IMG/VR virus record: IMGVR_UViG_3300042445_001170
Span: 1-64,000 of that record
DNA: 64,000 nt
From: a virus
Direction: 5' to 3' (one strand)
The stretch's first letter is position 1; each line of letters opens with the position of its first letter. Positions 8,747 through 18,385 of this stretch are shown here, piece after piece. The translations under genes were made by a program, and so were the position numbers. A model generated the notes under the pieces. The model was given only the letters and a program-made list of their open reading frames with translations. It had not been told where the DNA came from and made no database searches.

Positions 8747-10681
8747 CTATGCTGAAATATCTACAAGTTCGCAATTGCCGTCAGAGCTACAGGCGAGGGT
8801 GGCAGAGGGTGATGTTCCATCTTCTGTTTCATAGAAAGACAAGTCTTCCCAACGAATATTTTTGGGCATTTTTTCAACAAGAGCATCATACTCTTCTTTA
8901 GAAACTTCCTGGTATGGCGCCTGCTTGTATGTATGTTCTGAATGTGGAAGGAAAGAGATTCCAGAAACTTCATCAAAATTCTTATAAACCCAAGCCCCTA
9001 CCTCCATCCACTCATCTTCTTTTACGGAAACAGTAATTGATGGCTTATGTTCACACCAAGCACGTTGGTACACTAACCAAATGTTTAAATGGTCAATTGC
9101 TGTAAGATCATTTCTTACAATTGCTCCTTCTGGTGCTTTTACTGGAAACGAGAATACGTATGTGTCGTTTGGCTTCATTACGTCGTCTTCTACTGGGATT
9201 CCGACTTCCTTCAAGAAAGTTGAAATTGGATCTCCCTTTGACCCACGAACCGTACGAATGTAATATGGCGAATGCCATGGATGCATTCCAGAAGAAACTC
9301 CAACTAATTGAGAAACTGTTCCAGAGGGCTTTACGCATGTAATGGCTGCTGATTCGGGAATACCTATCTTGGAAGACTCTTCTCTATTTACTTCTCTTGC
9401 CTTTTCACGCAAAGTCATAAGAAATGCCTCAAGTGAAATTAGGTCCTCTTTACCAGACATAAACTTATGTCCAAATTGCCCAGTCAAAGAAACTCCAAGT
9501 AGTCGCTCTTCTTCTGTATTGTCTTTCCAAATTTTTCGTAAATACTTAAAGTCAGTTAGAGTTGACTGCCACGTACCAAGAATTGTTGCAAGCTCAACTT
9601 TACGCTGAATATCTTTCTTTGTATCATTTTCACGTAATACGACTTCTGAAAGGTTACAAAACTGGTAAGGACGTAAGATAATTTCTGAGCATGGGTTAGT
9701 TCCGTAGTGTATATCTGGATCTCTTCTTCCAAACTTTGCTGCTTGGGCCTGAGCTGCGGCCACATTATATATACCTCGTTCTCCCGACTTAGAGTCATAT
9801 AAAGATTTCCATTCTGCTATAAATTGTTCCATCTCTGGCTTGCGAGAATATGCAACAGAGTTATTTGATAGTGCACGTTGTGGGCTTTGCTCCCACCAAT
9901 TTCCAGATTTTGCTTGAGCCATTTCAATATCGTTAATGTTTGAAAGAGAAATCATTGCTGATCTGCGAACTCCACCTACTACAACAACTTCACCAATCTT
10001 GCACATAATGTCATGACACTCGATTGGCTTAAGGTTTCTTCCTGTGGCATTTTTAAACTTTGCAATTGTAAAATCAAATAGATTTACAAGTGGTTGTGGT
10101 CCTGAAGACCTTCCACCCATTGTCTTAAGTCTTGCGCCTGAAGGTCTAACTTTTGAAACATCAATTGCTGGAATGTGTCCAGTCCAAAGCAATGCAAGCA
10201 GTTCACGATATGCTTTTGCCCAGCCTTGTTTAGAATCTTCTACAACAATTACAGTATCTGACTTTTCTAGTTTTTCTGGTACTGGCGGTAGCTTATTAAT
10301 ATACTTATATTCTACCGAAAACCCTACGCCTGTTCCACACATCAGAACATACATTGTTTCATCAAATGATCGTGGTGAGTCAACTGGCAGAAAAGCACAA
10401 TTGTACCCAGCAACATTATCTCTTTCAAGTGCCGCTCCAGAAGTCATTACAGATCTCATGGACGGCATAACATTTCGTTGAAATACAAACTCTTTTAATT
10501 CCGCAACTAGCTTTTCATTTGGAATATAATTATGGTTTGTCTTTAAATGGTTAGTCATAAATGAAAAATATCTGTCTACTGTCTCTCCCCATGTTTCTCT
10601 ACGACCTTCTGCTTCTACCCATTTTGCATATCTAGATAAAGCAATAAAGTTTTCATAAGGGTTTTCAATAGTTTGTGACAT
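8747..10681 (-). CDS. nrdJ: Class II (B12-dependent) ribonucleotide reductase
   Basis: YNC, GTGVGFS, GGVRRSA, TNPCSE, TCVKPSGT motifs and C-terminal Cys pair. Confidence 0.93.
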   Translation of the reverse strand: MSQTIENPYENFIALSRYAKWVEAEGRRETWGETVDRYFSFMTNHLKTNHNYIPNEKLVAELKEFVFQRNVMPSMRSVMTSGAALERDNVAGYNCAFLPVDSPRSFDETMYVLMCGTGVGFSVEYKYINKLPPVPEKLEKSDTVIVVEDSKQGWAKAYRELLALLWTGHIPAIDVSKVRPSGARLKTMGGRSSGPQPLVNLFDFTIAKFKNATGRNLKPIECHDIMCKIGEVVVVGGVRRSAMISLSNINDIEMAQAKSGNWWEQSPQRALSNNSVAYSRKPEMEQFIAEWKSLYDSKSGERGIYNVAAAQAQAAKFGRRDPDIHYGTNPCSEIILRPYQFCNLSEVVLRENDTKKDIQRKVELATILGTWQSTLTDFKYLRKIWKDNTEEERLLGVSLTGQFGHKFMSGKEDLISLEAFLMTLREKAREVNREESSKIGIPESAAITCVKPSGTVSQLVGVSSGMHPWHSPYYIRTVRGSKGDPISTFLKEVGIPVEDDVMKPNDTYVFSFPVKAPEGAIVRNDLTAIDHLNIWLVYQRAWCEHKPSITVSVKEDEWMEVGAWVYKNFDEVSGISFLPHSEHTYKQAPYQEVSKEEYDALVEKMPKNIRWEDLSFYETEDGTSPSATLACSSDGNCELVDISA

Positions 10682-10877
10682 TTATTATACGACCTTTTCT
10701 CCGCCTTGCGGTGCTAATTTTGAATGAAGTCCTAGTGTATCAAACTTTTATTTAATGGTCTAGGGGTAAAAAATACTTTTATAAGTATCAGTATGTGAGA
10801 TATAGTTTCAGTTAACTAACTTGACAGTTACTTATATTCAATGCTATTCTTAGAGTTCGTTATCTCTATAGGAGGAA

Positions 10878-11426
10878 ATGCCAATGGAGAATATAAAACA
10901 ACAGTTTAGCGATTTGGTTCGTGACTGGACAATAATAGCAGTGACAACACTGTTTTTGTTTTCTGGAAGCCCAGCAAATGCTTTGACTGTAAAACCTTTA
11001 GTGAAAACTGAAGCCCAATTAAAGCAAGAAGTCTTAGATAGTTTTAGTAAAGAGATTTACAAGCCATCTGAGATGCTTACAGACGAAGAGTTAGTAACAT
11101 TACTTAAGACTGTAGGATTCGAAGGACTAGGCCTTAAGAAAGCATGGTCAATAGCAAAGCGTGAATCTAATGGAAGACCGCTTGCATATAACGGGAATAA
11201 GAATACAGGAGATAGTTCTTACGGATTGTTTCAGATAAACATGATTGGAAATCTTGGTCCTGCAAGACTTGAGAAATTTGATCTACAGAGTAACAAGGAG
11301 TTATTCGACCCAGTAACAAACGCAGAGATAACGTACTATATGACCAATGGCGGAAATGATTGGTCGGCTTGGAAGGGTATGACCCCAAGAGCTAAGGAAT
11401 TTTATTTAAAATTTCCGACAAAGTAA
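10878..11426 (+). CDS. Lytic transglycosylase (lysozyme-like) with N-terminal signal/TM
   Basis: IAKRESNG, SYGLFQIN and WSAW motifs. Confidence 0.8.
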   Translation: MPMENIKQQFSDLVRDWTIIAVTTLFLFSGSPANALTVKPLVKTEAQLKQEVLDSFSKEIYKPSEMLTDEELVTLLKTVGFEGLGLKKAWSIAKRESNGRPLAYNGNKNTGDSSYGLFQINMIGNLGPARLEKFDLQSNKELFDPVTNAEITYYMTNGGNDWSAWKGMTPRAKEFYLKFPTK

Positions 11427-11436
11427 AGGAGATGGG

Positions 11437-11652
11437 ATGAGGGTACAATATGTATCAACTTACATCTCCATGTCAGAAGAAGGATTGGTTGAAAAGCTTT
11501 TATGCCCAGTAGACCAATCCCTTCTTTTTTCAAATCAAAACCTTTTAGATGAGGTATACTTATATTGCCTAGAGTGTGACTATAAAAAAGCACTTGGCTC
11601 AGCTAGCTATCAAAAAATAGTCGATGAGGTAAATAAACATAAAAATGTGTGA
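11437..11652 (+). CDS. Zn-ribbon hypothetical protein
   Basis: CPVD...CLEC. Confidence 0.65.
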   Translation: MRVQYVSTYISMSEEGLVEKLLCPVDQSLLFSNQNLLDEVYLYCLECDYKKALGSASYQKIVDEVNKHKNV

Positions 11653-11755
11653 AGATAATTGTATTTGTAATTTAGAAAACGAATCGGCCCCAATGCGGGT
11701 AACCGATGCAATGGGTAGAGAGGCTTTTTGGTTAGATGCAGGAAGACCTGAATGA
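11645..11755 (+). CDS. Small hypothetical protein (36 aa)
   Basis: MCEDNCIC...; fills the gap with short overlaps. Confidence 0.45.
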   Translation: MCEDNCICNLENESAPMRVTDAMGREAFWLDAGRPE

Positions 11756-11948
11756 AATAAATACCTCTGATTTAGAGGATAACCTTCCTATGGTAAATTA
11801 TATAATGTTACATAGGATATACGATTTGCTAACTCTGATGTCCAATAAAATTGTTGGTGGAGAAGACACGCAAAAAATGGTAGAATATCATAATAAGGGC
11901 TATCTACTAGGACCAGCCCCATCATTTAGACCAAACGAGGAAGAATAA
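11736..11948 (+). CDS. Hypothetical protein
   Basis: ORF track; operon packing. Confidence 0.6.
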   Translation: MQEDLNEINTSDLEDNLPMVNYIMLHRIYDLLTLMSNKIVGGEDTQKMVEYHNKGYLLGPAPSFRPNEEE

Positions 11949-11949
11949 A

Positions 11950-12138
11950 ATGGAAAAAGAAAAAGTAGTACTTTTAATGCTTGAAAAATTAAATAACGAT
12001 ACAAGATTTGCTGGTGTGTCCAGCGGTGCAGATATTGCAGATGTTGAACAGCAGATTATTAAGAACCAGCCATTTTTGCAATGGCAGATGAACAACATGT
12101 ATGACACACTTGTTGAAAAAGGCGTAATTATTCCTTGA
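11950..12138 (+). CDS. Hypothetical protein
   Basis: ORF track; GAGG RBS. Confidence 0.65.
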   Translation: MEKEKVVLLMLEKLNNDTRFAGVSSGADIADVEQQIIKNQPFLQWQMNNMYDTLVEKGVIIP

Positions 12139-12163
12139 CATTGAATCTTTATTAACTTATAAT
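12135..12163 (+). promoter_or_regulatory. Consensus sigma-A promoter
   Basis: TTGACA-17-TATAAT, exact match. Confidence 0.85.
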
Positions 12164-12167
12164 AAAG

Positions 12168-12233
12168 TGTTGGTTGAGACTCGTCTCCCAATGGTAAAGC
12201 CCCCTTTTGGATCCGCCTCCATAGGGGGTTTTT
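12168..12233 (+). ncRNA. Candidate small RNA (two hairpins ending in a U-run)
   Basis: Lies between a perfect promoter and a CCCCCT...AGGGGG-TTTTT hairpin; no credible ORF. Confidence 0.5.
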
Positions 12234-12261
12234 ACGTGTCTGGTGGTATAATAATATTAAT

Positions 12262-12420
12262 ATGGCAAGGGATCATTTTTCACAAGCATCTAAGAATCCT
12301 AGGTATCAGAGTAGATTTTATACTCACGGGGAATCTAAAGAGTTCATGTCAGAAAGAAAGATTGAATTATTTTTCTCAAAAATATTTTCTAAATTAAAAA
12401 GAATAGTTGGTAAAAAGTAA
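12262..12420 (+). CDS. Small basic hypothetical protein (52 aa)
   Basis: MARDHFSQ... just after TGGTATAAT; TAATG coupling to the next gene. Confidence 0.55.
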   Translation: MARDHFSQASKNPRYQSRFYTHGESKEFMSERKIELFFSKIFSKLKRIVGKK

Positions 12421-13244
12421 TGTTTACAGACAATCCAAAGGTAGAACAAGTTGCAGAACAGGTCTGGATTTACAGAGGATTCATAACCCCAGAAGAAAAT
12501 GAAAATATCATGCGTTTAATGAGAGAGCATGAAGCTGCTTACAAAGATTCAAAAGATGCGTTTGTATTTAAAGATCAGTATATAGACTGGTACAAGGACA
12601 AGACTGGCCCATCAATGCCTGAGCTAAAACCAATATGGGACAGACTTTCAATGATGCTTTATCCAGAACACTACATTCATCCACAGCTATTTGTAAACGT
12701 AATGCGTCCTGGCGATGAAGGAATGTTTGTGCATGCTGATAGTCCAGGAATGAATATGGAGCATGACCTAACTCAGCTAGACAGATGGTCAACTTGCTGC
12801 AGATTAAGCCATGGAGTGGTTGCTTATATGGGAGACTACGAAGGCGGAGAAATATTTTATCCAAATATTGAAGCAGATGGAAGAATTAAAGATAGACCAG
12901 GAGATCCTGATGATTGCTTGCAGGTAGACGTAAGACCTGGAGATGTAGCAATCCATGGAGCAACTCATCCCTGGGAACATGGAGTAAGGAAAATAACAAG
13001 TGGGATTAGATTTGCATACTCTAACTTCTGCATGGAAAAGGAACACGCTCCAGGAACATACGAGCTATTTGATCCAGCCAAACATCCGTTTATGACAGAT
13101 CCAAAAGAAATCATAAACTGGAACAACACTGTTTATCCTGAAACAACTTTCTGCAAAAAGAAATGTATATGCGGGGACTCTGCTGACTTTCCTTATTGCG
13201 ACAACACTCATAAAGAAGTAAATAAACTTAAATATAAGAAGTAA
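12420..13244 (+). CDS. 2OG-Fe(II) oxygenase fused to a CDGSH-type Fe-S domain
   Basis: HAD...DYEGGEIFYP...HGV...R; C-terminal CICGDSADFPYCDNTH. Confidence 0.85.
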   Translation: MFTDNPKVEQVAEQVWIYRGFITPEENENIMRLMREHEAAYKDSKDAFVFKDQYIDWYKDKTGPSMPELKPIWDRLSMMLYPEHYIHPQLFVNVMRPGDEGMFVHADSPGMNMEHDLTQLDRWSTCCRLSHGVVAYMGDYEGGEIFYPNIEADGRIKDRPGDPDDCLQVDVRPGDVAIHGATHPWEHGVRKITSGIRFAYSNFCMEKEHAPGTYELFDPAKHPFMTDPKEIINWNNTVYPETTFCKKKCICGDSADFPYCDNTHKEVNKLKYKK

Positions 13245-13388
13245 TTGAGCATATAGTGCGAAAGTGCGAAAAGTGCGGCGGTAGAAGACATTTTCAAATG
13301 TTGTTAAAAGCCCTCAAAGGGCCATATAGCAATTTTAGAACATCTGATCTATCCCAAAGTATGCAAATCAATAAAAGAGGGTCTTAGA

Positions 13389-14066
13389 ATGGCTTACAAG
13401 TCCTTTTATTATTTACAGATACCTAAAACAGGATCTAAATACTTCCTAAGCAACATGTACTCGCCATTGAAAGATGAGTTTAATAAACATGGCATTGAAT
13501 TTCTTAATATGTGGGATCAATATAGCAATCCTTTAATTATGGGGTGGCATCCAGAGATAGATAAAGATACATATGTAGCATCAACATTTAGAGATCCAGT
13601 AAAACAAATAGTCAGCAAGTATTGTGATCAATTTAAGTCAGCTAACAAATCAGAAACAAAATATTATAGCAATGATCTTCCAGATAAAGAAGCATTTATG
13701 CAGAATGTAAATCTATATGCCAACAATATGTCTAGATATCTAATTAGTCATTCAGATGTATATGGTAAAGATATATTGCAGTCAACTGAAATTAATATTA
13801 ATAGTGCAGTGCGGCGAAGTAAGAGAGTCAATAAATTCATATTAGAATCAACTAACCCAAATGACACAATGCAAAGTATATTACAGGATATGGATCTACC
13901 TGTTCCAAGTCACCTTGAAAAGGGTAAAGTCAACCATAAGATCAATGTAAACAATAGCTCTAGACTTTTATATGAGTCTTTGACCGCTGAAGAAGTTGAA
14001 GCAATTAGATCTATATCTGATATTGATGAGTATATATATAACTATGCAAAGGGATTAGATTCTTGA
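13389..14066 (+). CDS. Sulfotransferase-family protein
   Basis: IPKTGS PAPS-binding loop and FRDP...S motif. Confidence 0.7.
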   Translation: MAYKSFYYLQIPKTGSKYFLSNMYSPLKDEFNKHGIEFLNMWDQYSNPLIMGWHPEIDKDTYVASTFRDPVKQIVSKYCDQFKSANKSETKYYSNDLPDKEAFMQNVNLYANNMSRYLISHSDVYGKDILQSTEININSAVRRSKRVNKFILESTNPNDTMQSILQDMDLPVPSHLEKGKVNHKINVNNSSRLLYESLTAEEVEAIRSISDIDEYIYNYAKGLDS

Positions 14067-14194
14067 TCTATATCTTCATCTAGGTCGAAATCAAAAATTT
14101 CTACGTTTCCCGCCCAATTTAAGAATCTAGAAAGAAAAGATCCAGATAGAATTGCTATCGCAATTACACTCAAGCCAAACCATAACTTTTTCAT
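14042..14194 (-). CDS. Small membrane protein
   Basis: MKKLWFGL... after AGGAG; the longer track start overlaps the tRNA. Confidence 0.55.
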   Translation of the reverse strand: MKKLWFGLSVIAIAILSGSFLSRFLNWAGNVEIFDFDLDEDIDQESNPFA

Positions 14195-14205
14195 ATTACT
14201 CCTTG

Positions 14206-14280
14206 TAGGGATACTGGGATTTGAACCCAGAGTCGATTGTATATAAGACAATTGCTTTAACCAGATTAAGCTATATCCCC
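14206..14280 (-). tRNA. tRNA-Ile(UAU)
   Basis: Cloverleaf GGGGATA/TATCCCT; anticodon arm ATTGT-CTTATAT-ACAAT; TTCAAAT T-loop. Confidence 0.9.
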
Positions 14281-14499
14281 TAGTTCATATAGATTTGCAG
14301 AATTATTCCGCATATATGTACTAGTATAGCTATAACACCTACCCAAATGATTGTCTTCACTTTCCCGCCTTTGTTTTTTGAACTAACTTTTCAATACAAT
14401 GTGTACAAAAATTTTCAAGTACGCCTTTAGAGTTAATACGCTCTACATACTTTGGGTTTTCGCAAAAATCACATTTCATGATATTAGTATACCATAATT

Positions 14500-15402
14500 C
14501 TAGTCAACTGCTTTAATTACACAAGTTATCTGATTTGGATTGCCACCATTACCAATTTCTTCTTTGGAATTAAATACTCTACACTGCCATATAAATTTAT
14601 CAAAAGATTCTTTTTCTTTTTCTTTAAGCAATGCTTCAAATTCTTCTTCTGACATAGAATTTTTCATATCAATAAAATCCTCTTTAAACATGGCTGTAAG
14701 GAATTGACGAACATAAAATTTATTACCGACAACTGGCATTACTGCATGATATAAGTCTGTTCTAAACAATAAGCCATCTCCTGCTTCCATCTTATACGTA
14801 ATAGGAGGATCTATCATGAGACACTTCTGCTCATTTCCGTCAGCATCTATATATGTAGACTCTTCGCCACTTTCTGTATCAATTAAAACAATTTCTCCAC
14901 CTTCATAGTCATCATTAGTGTAGATGTTAAAATTGAAAATATGTGGAGTTCCTCCAAACCATGGTCTTCTATCCTGGTGGTACTCCATTGAAAGCTTAAG
15001 CTTTTTGTCAGTGTTTTCTGATTCAAGTATCACAACATCAGCTGTACAGTAATTTGGATTAAACCTTGCTTCTTCCATAGATGTTGGAATATCTGAGCTC
15101 TCGCCAATTAAATCAAAGTAGTCTTGATTAAGATAATTTTCTTTGTATATTTTTATTGCATCCCAAAATATATCTAGGAACTCTCTTAGATAAACTCCGC
15201 CTTCATTTCTACAAACTTCGTAAGATGGATCAGTCCATGGATATGCTTTTGAATACTGTCCCCATGGTCTCCAGTCTTGCCATTGTCCAAACCATTGATC
15301 GTTATTTGTCTTGGAGCGAATAACAAAATCTTGTGTCGCTGCTGGGTCCTTTAAAACATTCTTAAAAAGTATTACATCTTTTGTTAAAAGCCTATGTTCC
15401 AT
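14500..15402 (-). CDS. 2OG-Fe(II) oxygenase
   Basis: HQD, YTNDDYEGGEI, YHAV motifs. Confidence 0.8.
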   Translation of the reverse strand: MEHRLLTKDVILFKNVLKDPAATQDFVIRSKTNNDQWFGQWQDWRPWGQYSKAYPWTDPSYEVCRNEGGVYLREFLDIFWDAIKIYKENYLNQDYFDLIGESSDIPTSMEEARFNPNYCTADVVILESENTDKKLKLSMEYHQDRRPWFGGTPHIFNFNIYTNDDYEGGEIVLIDTESGEESTYIDADGNEQKCLMIDPPITYKMEAGDGLLFRTDLYHAVMPVVGNKFYVRQFLTAMFKEDFIDMKNSMSEEEFEALLKEKEKESFDKFIWQCRVFNSKEEIGNGGNPNQITCVIKAVD

Positions 15403-15438
15403 TTATTTATCCTCTTCTTTGTAAAGTTCTAAATACAA

Positions 15439-16113
15439 TTATATCACCACAGCTTTGCTTTCTTGTACTGCAACTTCAATGAACATATCGTACAGGTTTT
15501 GTGTTAATTCTTGGTTTAGTCCATCGACATCATGGCCTTTTGTTTTGTCACTAGAATCCAGGGTAAGTTCTTTAAGCCCCAATGCATCAAATATCTCTTT
15601 TTGAGTGATTACTCTTAGCCCAAGGGCCGAACCATACTCGTTTAGTGCGGCGCAAAATTCATTATTTTGCTGAAGACGTTCATCATAGGAGTATTCATCT
15701 ACTTCTTCCCAATACGGAATAATGTTCTCTTTAAACTGAGGATGTGGCTCTGCAAGTATCATCTGCGAGTTTGGAAAATATTGAATTAAAAAATCAACAT
15801 AGCGTTTGACACATTCAGCAGCATTTTTGTATTTAGGCAGTAGGTACTTTATGTCAATGTATCCAAACCAGGCTATTACTATGCCATCATCTTGGATTTC
15901 TGACCATCCTACTCTTCCCCCCTTTGGTTTTGGAGTTTCCATTAGTGAAGAGTATCGATTCATTTTTAAAAGATCGTATGGATTAAATTTCCAAGCTGAG
16001 TGTCCACCTTTACCCCAAGCTTTTAATTCAACTCTTGTTTCTTTATCAGTATAATGTTCAAATATTCTAGTTGACTGACAATCACCTATTAGGTATAATT
16101 TTTTAGATATCAC
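15439..16113 (-). CDS. SGNH/GDSL-like protein
   Basis: LIGDCQS block I-like motif; WFGYIDIKYLLP shared with 52691-53437. Confidence 0.5.
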   Translation of the reverse strand: MISKKLYLIGDCQSTRIFEHYTDKETRVELKAWGKGGHSAWKFNPYDLLKMNRYSSLMETPKPKGGRVGWSEIQDDGIVIAWFGYIDIKYLLPKYKNAAECVKRYVDFLIQYFPNSQMILAEPHPQFKENIIPYWEEVDEYSYDERLQQNNEFCAALNEYGSALGLRVITQKEIFDALGLKELTLDSSDKTKGHDVDGLNQELTQNLYDMFIEVAVQESKAVVI

Positions 16114-16222
16114 TTGATCTTAGGTCTTAGGTCTATATATATTAATTTATATGATTTACTGATTTACTGACCCCCCGACCCCCCTATTGGAAGTATACTA
16201 TTTAGAAATTCTATGTCAAGGA

Positions 16223-16921
16223 CTAGCTTAGCTTTAAATTCTTATCCTCAATAAAGTAATCTCTTCTCCAGGCTTTTCCAATGTCAGTATTTAGCCAATC
16301 AGTCGCAGTATAAATACTATTAATAGTTTTTGCAGACTCTTCATGAGCTCTATTAGATACTGCAATGCAGCTGTTTTCTTTACCTGATTTATTTGTAGGA
16401 TCAATAGGCAAATCTCTATCGTATAAGCTGAATGTGATGGTTCTCTTATTGTCAGTAGTTACAGGTGTAGCTCCATGTGGACATGAAGCAGCATGGATGA
16501 GAAGATCTCCCTTATGTGGCTTTACCGTCAAATTTTCTTCTGGGTAAAATACAATTCCGCCGTCCTCATTTGTTTCTGATAGGTATATAACAGCAGACCA
16601 TACTTTTGTATAAGGAGTTTCATCATCGGCTTCATTATCTCTATGTATACCAAACCATGTGTTTGCAGGAGTGTGCCAATGCAAGAAGTATTTTAGTTCC
16701 CAATTAAGATCTTTAAAAATTTCCTTTGCTTTGTCTTGTATTCCGTTATCTATTGCCGCCCCCAGAACTTCAATCTTGTCATAAGGCCTTACTTCTTTTT
16801 CGTCGTTATTAGATGAATACTCTGATGCCTTAAATGCTTCGTCAGCTGTTTCGTTGTCTAAAAATCCACGCCAAATATAAGAATGGTCACTTATTTTTTC
16901 AAAATTAGTAGTATCAAACAT
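16223..16921 (-). CDS. 2OG-Fe(II) oxygenase
   Basis: HRD, GGIVFYP, PHGATPV...R motifs. Confidence 0.8.
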   Translation of the reverse strand: MFDTTNFEKISDHSYIWRGFLDNETADEAFKASEYSSNNDEKEVRPYDKIEVLGAAIDNGIQDKAKEIFKDLNWELKYFLHWHTPANTWFGIHRDNEADDETPYTKVWSAVIYLSETNEDGGIVFYPEENLTVKPHKGDLLIHAASCPHGATPVTTDNKRTITFSLYDRDLPIDPTNKSGKENSCIAVSNRAHEESAKTINSIYTATDWLNTDIGKAWRRDYFIEDKNLKLS

Positions 16922-17214
16922 TTAGATCCCCCTATTAATAATTAATAATTAATTATATCACGAATAGATTCTGGTCGACTGCTATTTCAGATTTCATAAA
17001 ATGTTAATATATTTTTATTTTGTACGATACACACCTAAAAAGAAATCGGACATTTAGGATAGACCGCACATAATGAGCGTGTGCCTATGGGCAATGTGAT
17101 GCACTTCACAAAGTATTTTTTCAATTTGTCCCTAATGTCCGAATTTGGATTTGATAAATGTCAGACCCCCATGCTACGCTTATACTATAACAAACAAACG
17201 AAAGGAGTCAGACA

Positions 17215-17391
17215 ATGACTCAACTAAACGAAACACTATTCAGCACTATCGTGCATGACTTCCATAATGGCGGAGTCAAGTCCTCTTATGGACTATCTGC
17301 CTATGACCGCAAGGCTATGGTCAAGTACCTAATCTCTAGCCCTGCTTGCTACTGTATCGAGTGCGTGTGTGAGGTAACTCACACCGCATAA
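17215..17391 (+). CDS. Small hypothetical protein (58 aa)
   Basis: AACGAAAGGAG leader then ATG. Confidence 0.7.
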   Translation: MTQLNETLFSTIVHDFHNGGVKSSYGLSAYDRKAMVKYLISSPACYCIECVCEVTHTA

Positions 17392-17468
17392 GGTGCGTGT
17401 CGCCTTGATAATGTCAGACCTATACCCTATAATTCCATTATAACCAACTAACGAAAGAAGAACAGACA

Positions 17469-17621
17469 ATGACAATCACATACTCACTATGGGACGGCGC
17501 TCAACTACTAGGCGTGGACTTCACCGCTAATAGCGCAGACGAAATGAATAAGGCAGTAGCAGAACTACAAAAGGTTTCTAAGAATGTAGTAGCACACATG
17601 AGAAAGGTAACACAGAACTAA
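17469..17621 (+). CDS. Small hypothetical protein (50 aa)
   Basis: Follows promoter 17412 and the leader; TAATG coupling. Confidence 0.7.
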   Translation: MTITYSLWDGAQLLGVDFTANSADEMNKAVAELQKVSKNVVAHMRKVTQN

Positions 17622-17803
17622 TGTCATACGCATACTCATACCAAACTAATAGCGTGTCTAAGTGGGACACCATTCAGAGCGATGTCGCAGACGCATACGC
17701 CTACCTTGATGAAGAAGAAACAGAGCAACCCCCTGCTGATGATTTCGATGATGTAGACGATGAAGAATTAGCAAAAGTATTCGCACTAAGTTGGGATAAC
17801 TAA
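17621..17803 (+). CDS. Acidic hypothetical protein
   Basis: ORF track; coupled to the previous gene. Confidence 0.7.
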   Translation: MSYAYSYQTNSVSKWDTIQSDVADAYAYLDEEETEQPPADDFDDVDDEELAKVFALSWDN

Positions 17804-17805
17804 TA

Positions 17806-17943
17806 ATGGAACTACTACTAAATGACTACGGGCTAGAACTAGATACCTACATGGGCTCTCTATACCTACCTTGGCATACTATCGCTTTATCTACCGCCCT
17901 ACTAATCGCCTATAAGATTTATAAGAGAAAGAAGAGTAAGTAA
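17806..17943 (+). CDS. Small membrane protein (45 aa)
   Basis: MELLLNDY...; TM segment plus basic tail. Confidence 0.6.
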   Translation: MELLLNDYGLELDTYMGSLYLPWHTIALSTALLIAYKIYKRKKSK

Positions 17944-18053
17944 TGACTACTAATCGCATACTAACTACGCTAGTCCAACTAGGTATCGGTATCCCCGCCC
18001 TACTTATGCTCCGTCTAGTAATTCGTGATCTAATTCATAATAAATTAGACTAG
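17943..18053 (+). CDS. Small membrane peptide (36 aa)
   Basis: TAATG coupling; hydrophobic. Confidence 0.55.
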   Translation: MTTNRILTTLVQLGIGIPALLMLRLVIRDLIHNKLD

Positions 18054-18256
18054 CGCTACGGCGTGTCGGCTTGACAATGTCAAGCTGGCCCGCAAAGGCA
18101 CGGGGTCGGGCGTGTCGTTACGGATACGCTAAAAAACCCCTTGAATTTTGTGAGGTTTATCACAAAAAAGATTTATCAAAACACGGCGTGTCGTGTGGTA
18201 AATGTCAGTCCCCTCTGCTATAATTCCTACTATAACAACAACGAAAGGTCGTTAAA

Positions 18257-18385
18257 ATGACACTTGAAGAATACAAGGCGCACGTTGAGGCGCAACGCAA
18301 GGCAAGCCTTCTAAAGGCTATCGCAACAATGTCAGAGGCTAATGCTACAATGTCCTCTCTATTCAATACTAAGGAGGCTAACTAA
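18257..18385 (+). CDS. Small hypothetical protein (42 aa)
   Basis: AACGAAAGG leader; coupled. Confidence 0.65.
   Translation: MTLEEYKAHVEAQRKASLLKAIATMSEANATMSSLFNTKEAN

Noticed and set aside
12209-12220. rRNA fragment
   Set aside because: Only a ~12-nt resemblance with no flanking 16S sequence
16115-16186. Short tandem repeats (TCTTAGG, GATTTACT, GACCCCCC, each x2)
   Set aside because: Two-copy low-complexity duplications with no supportable function
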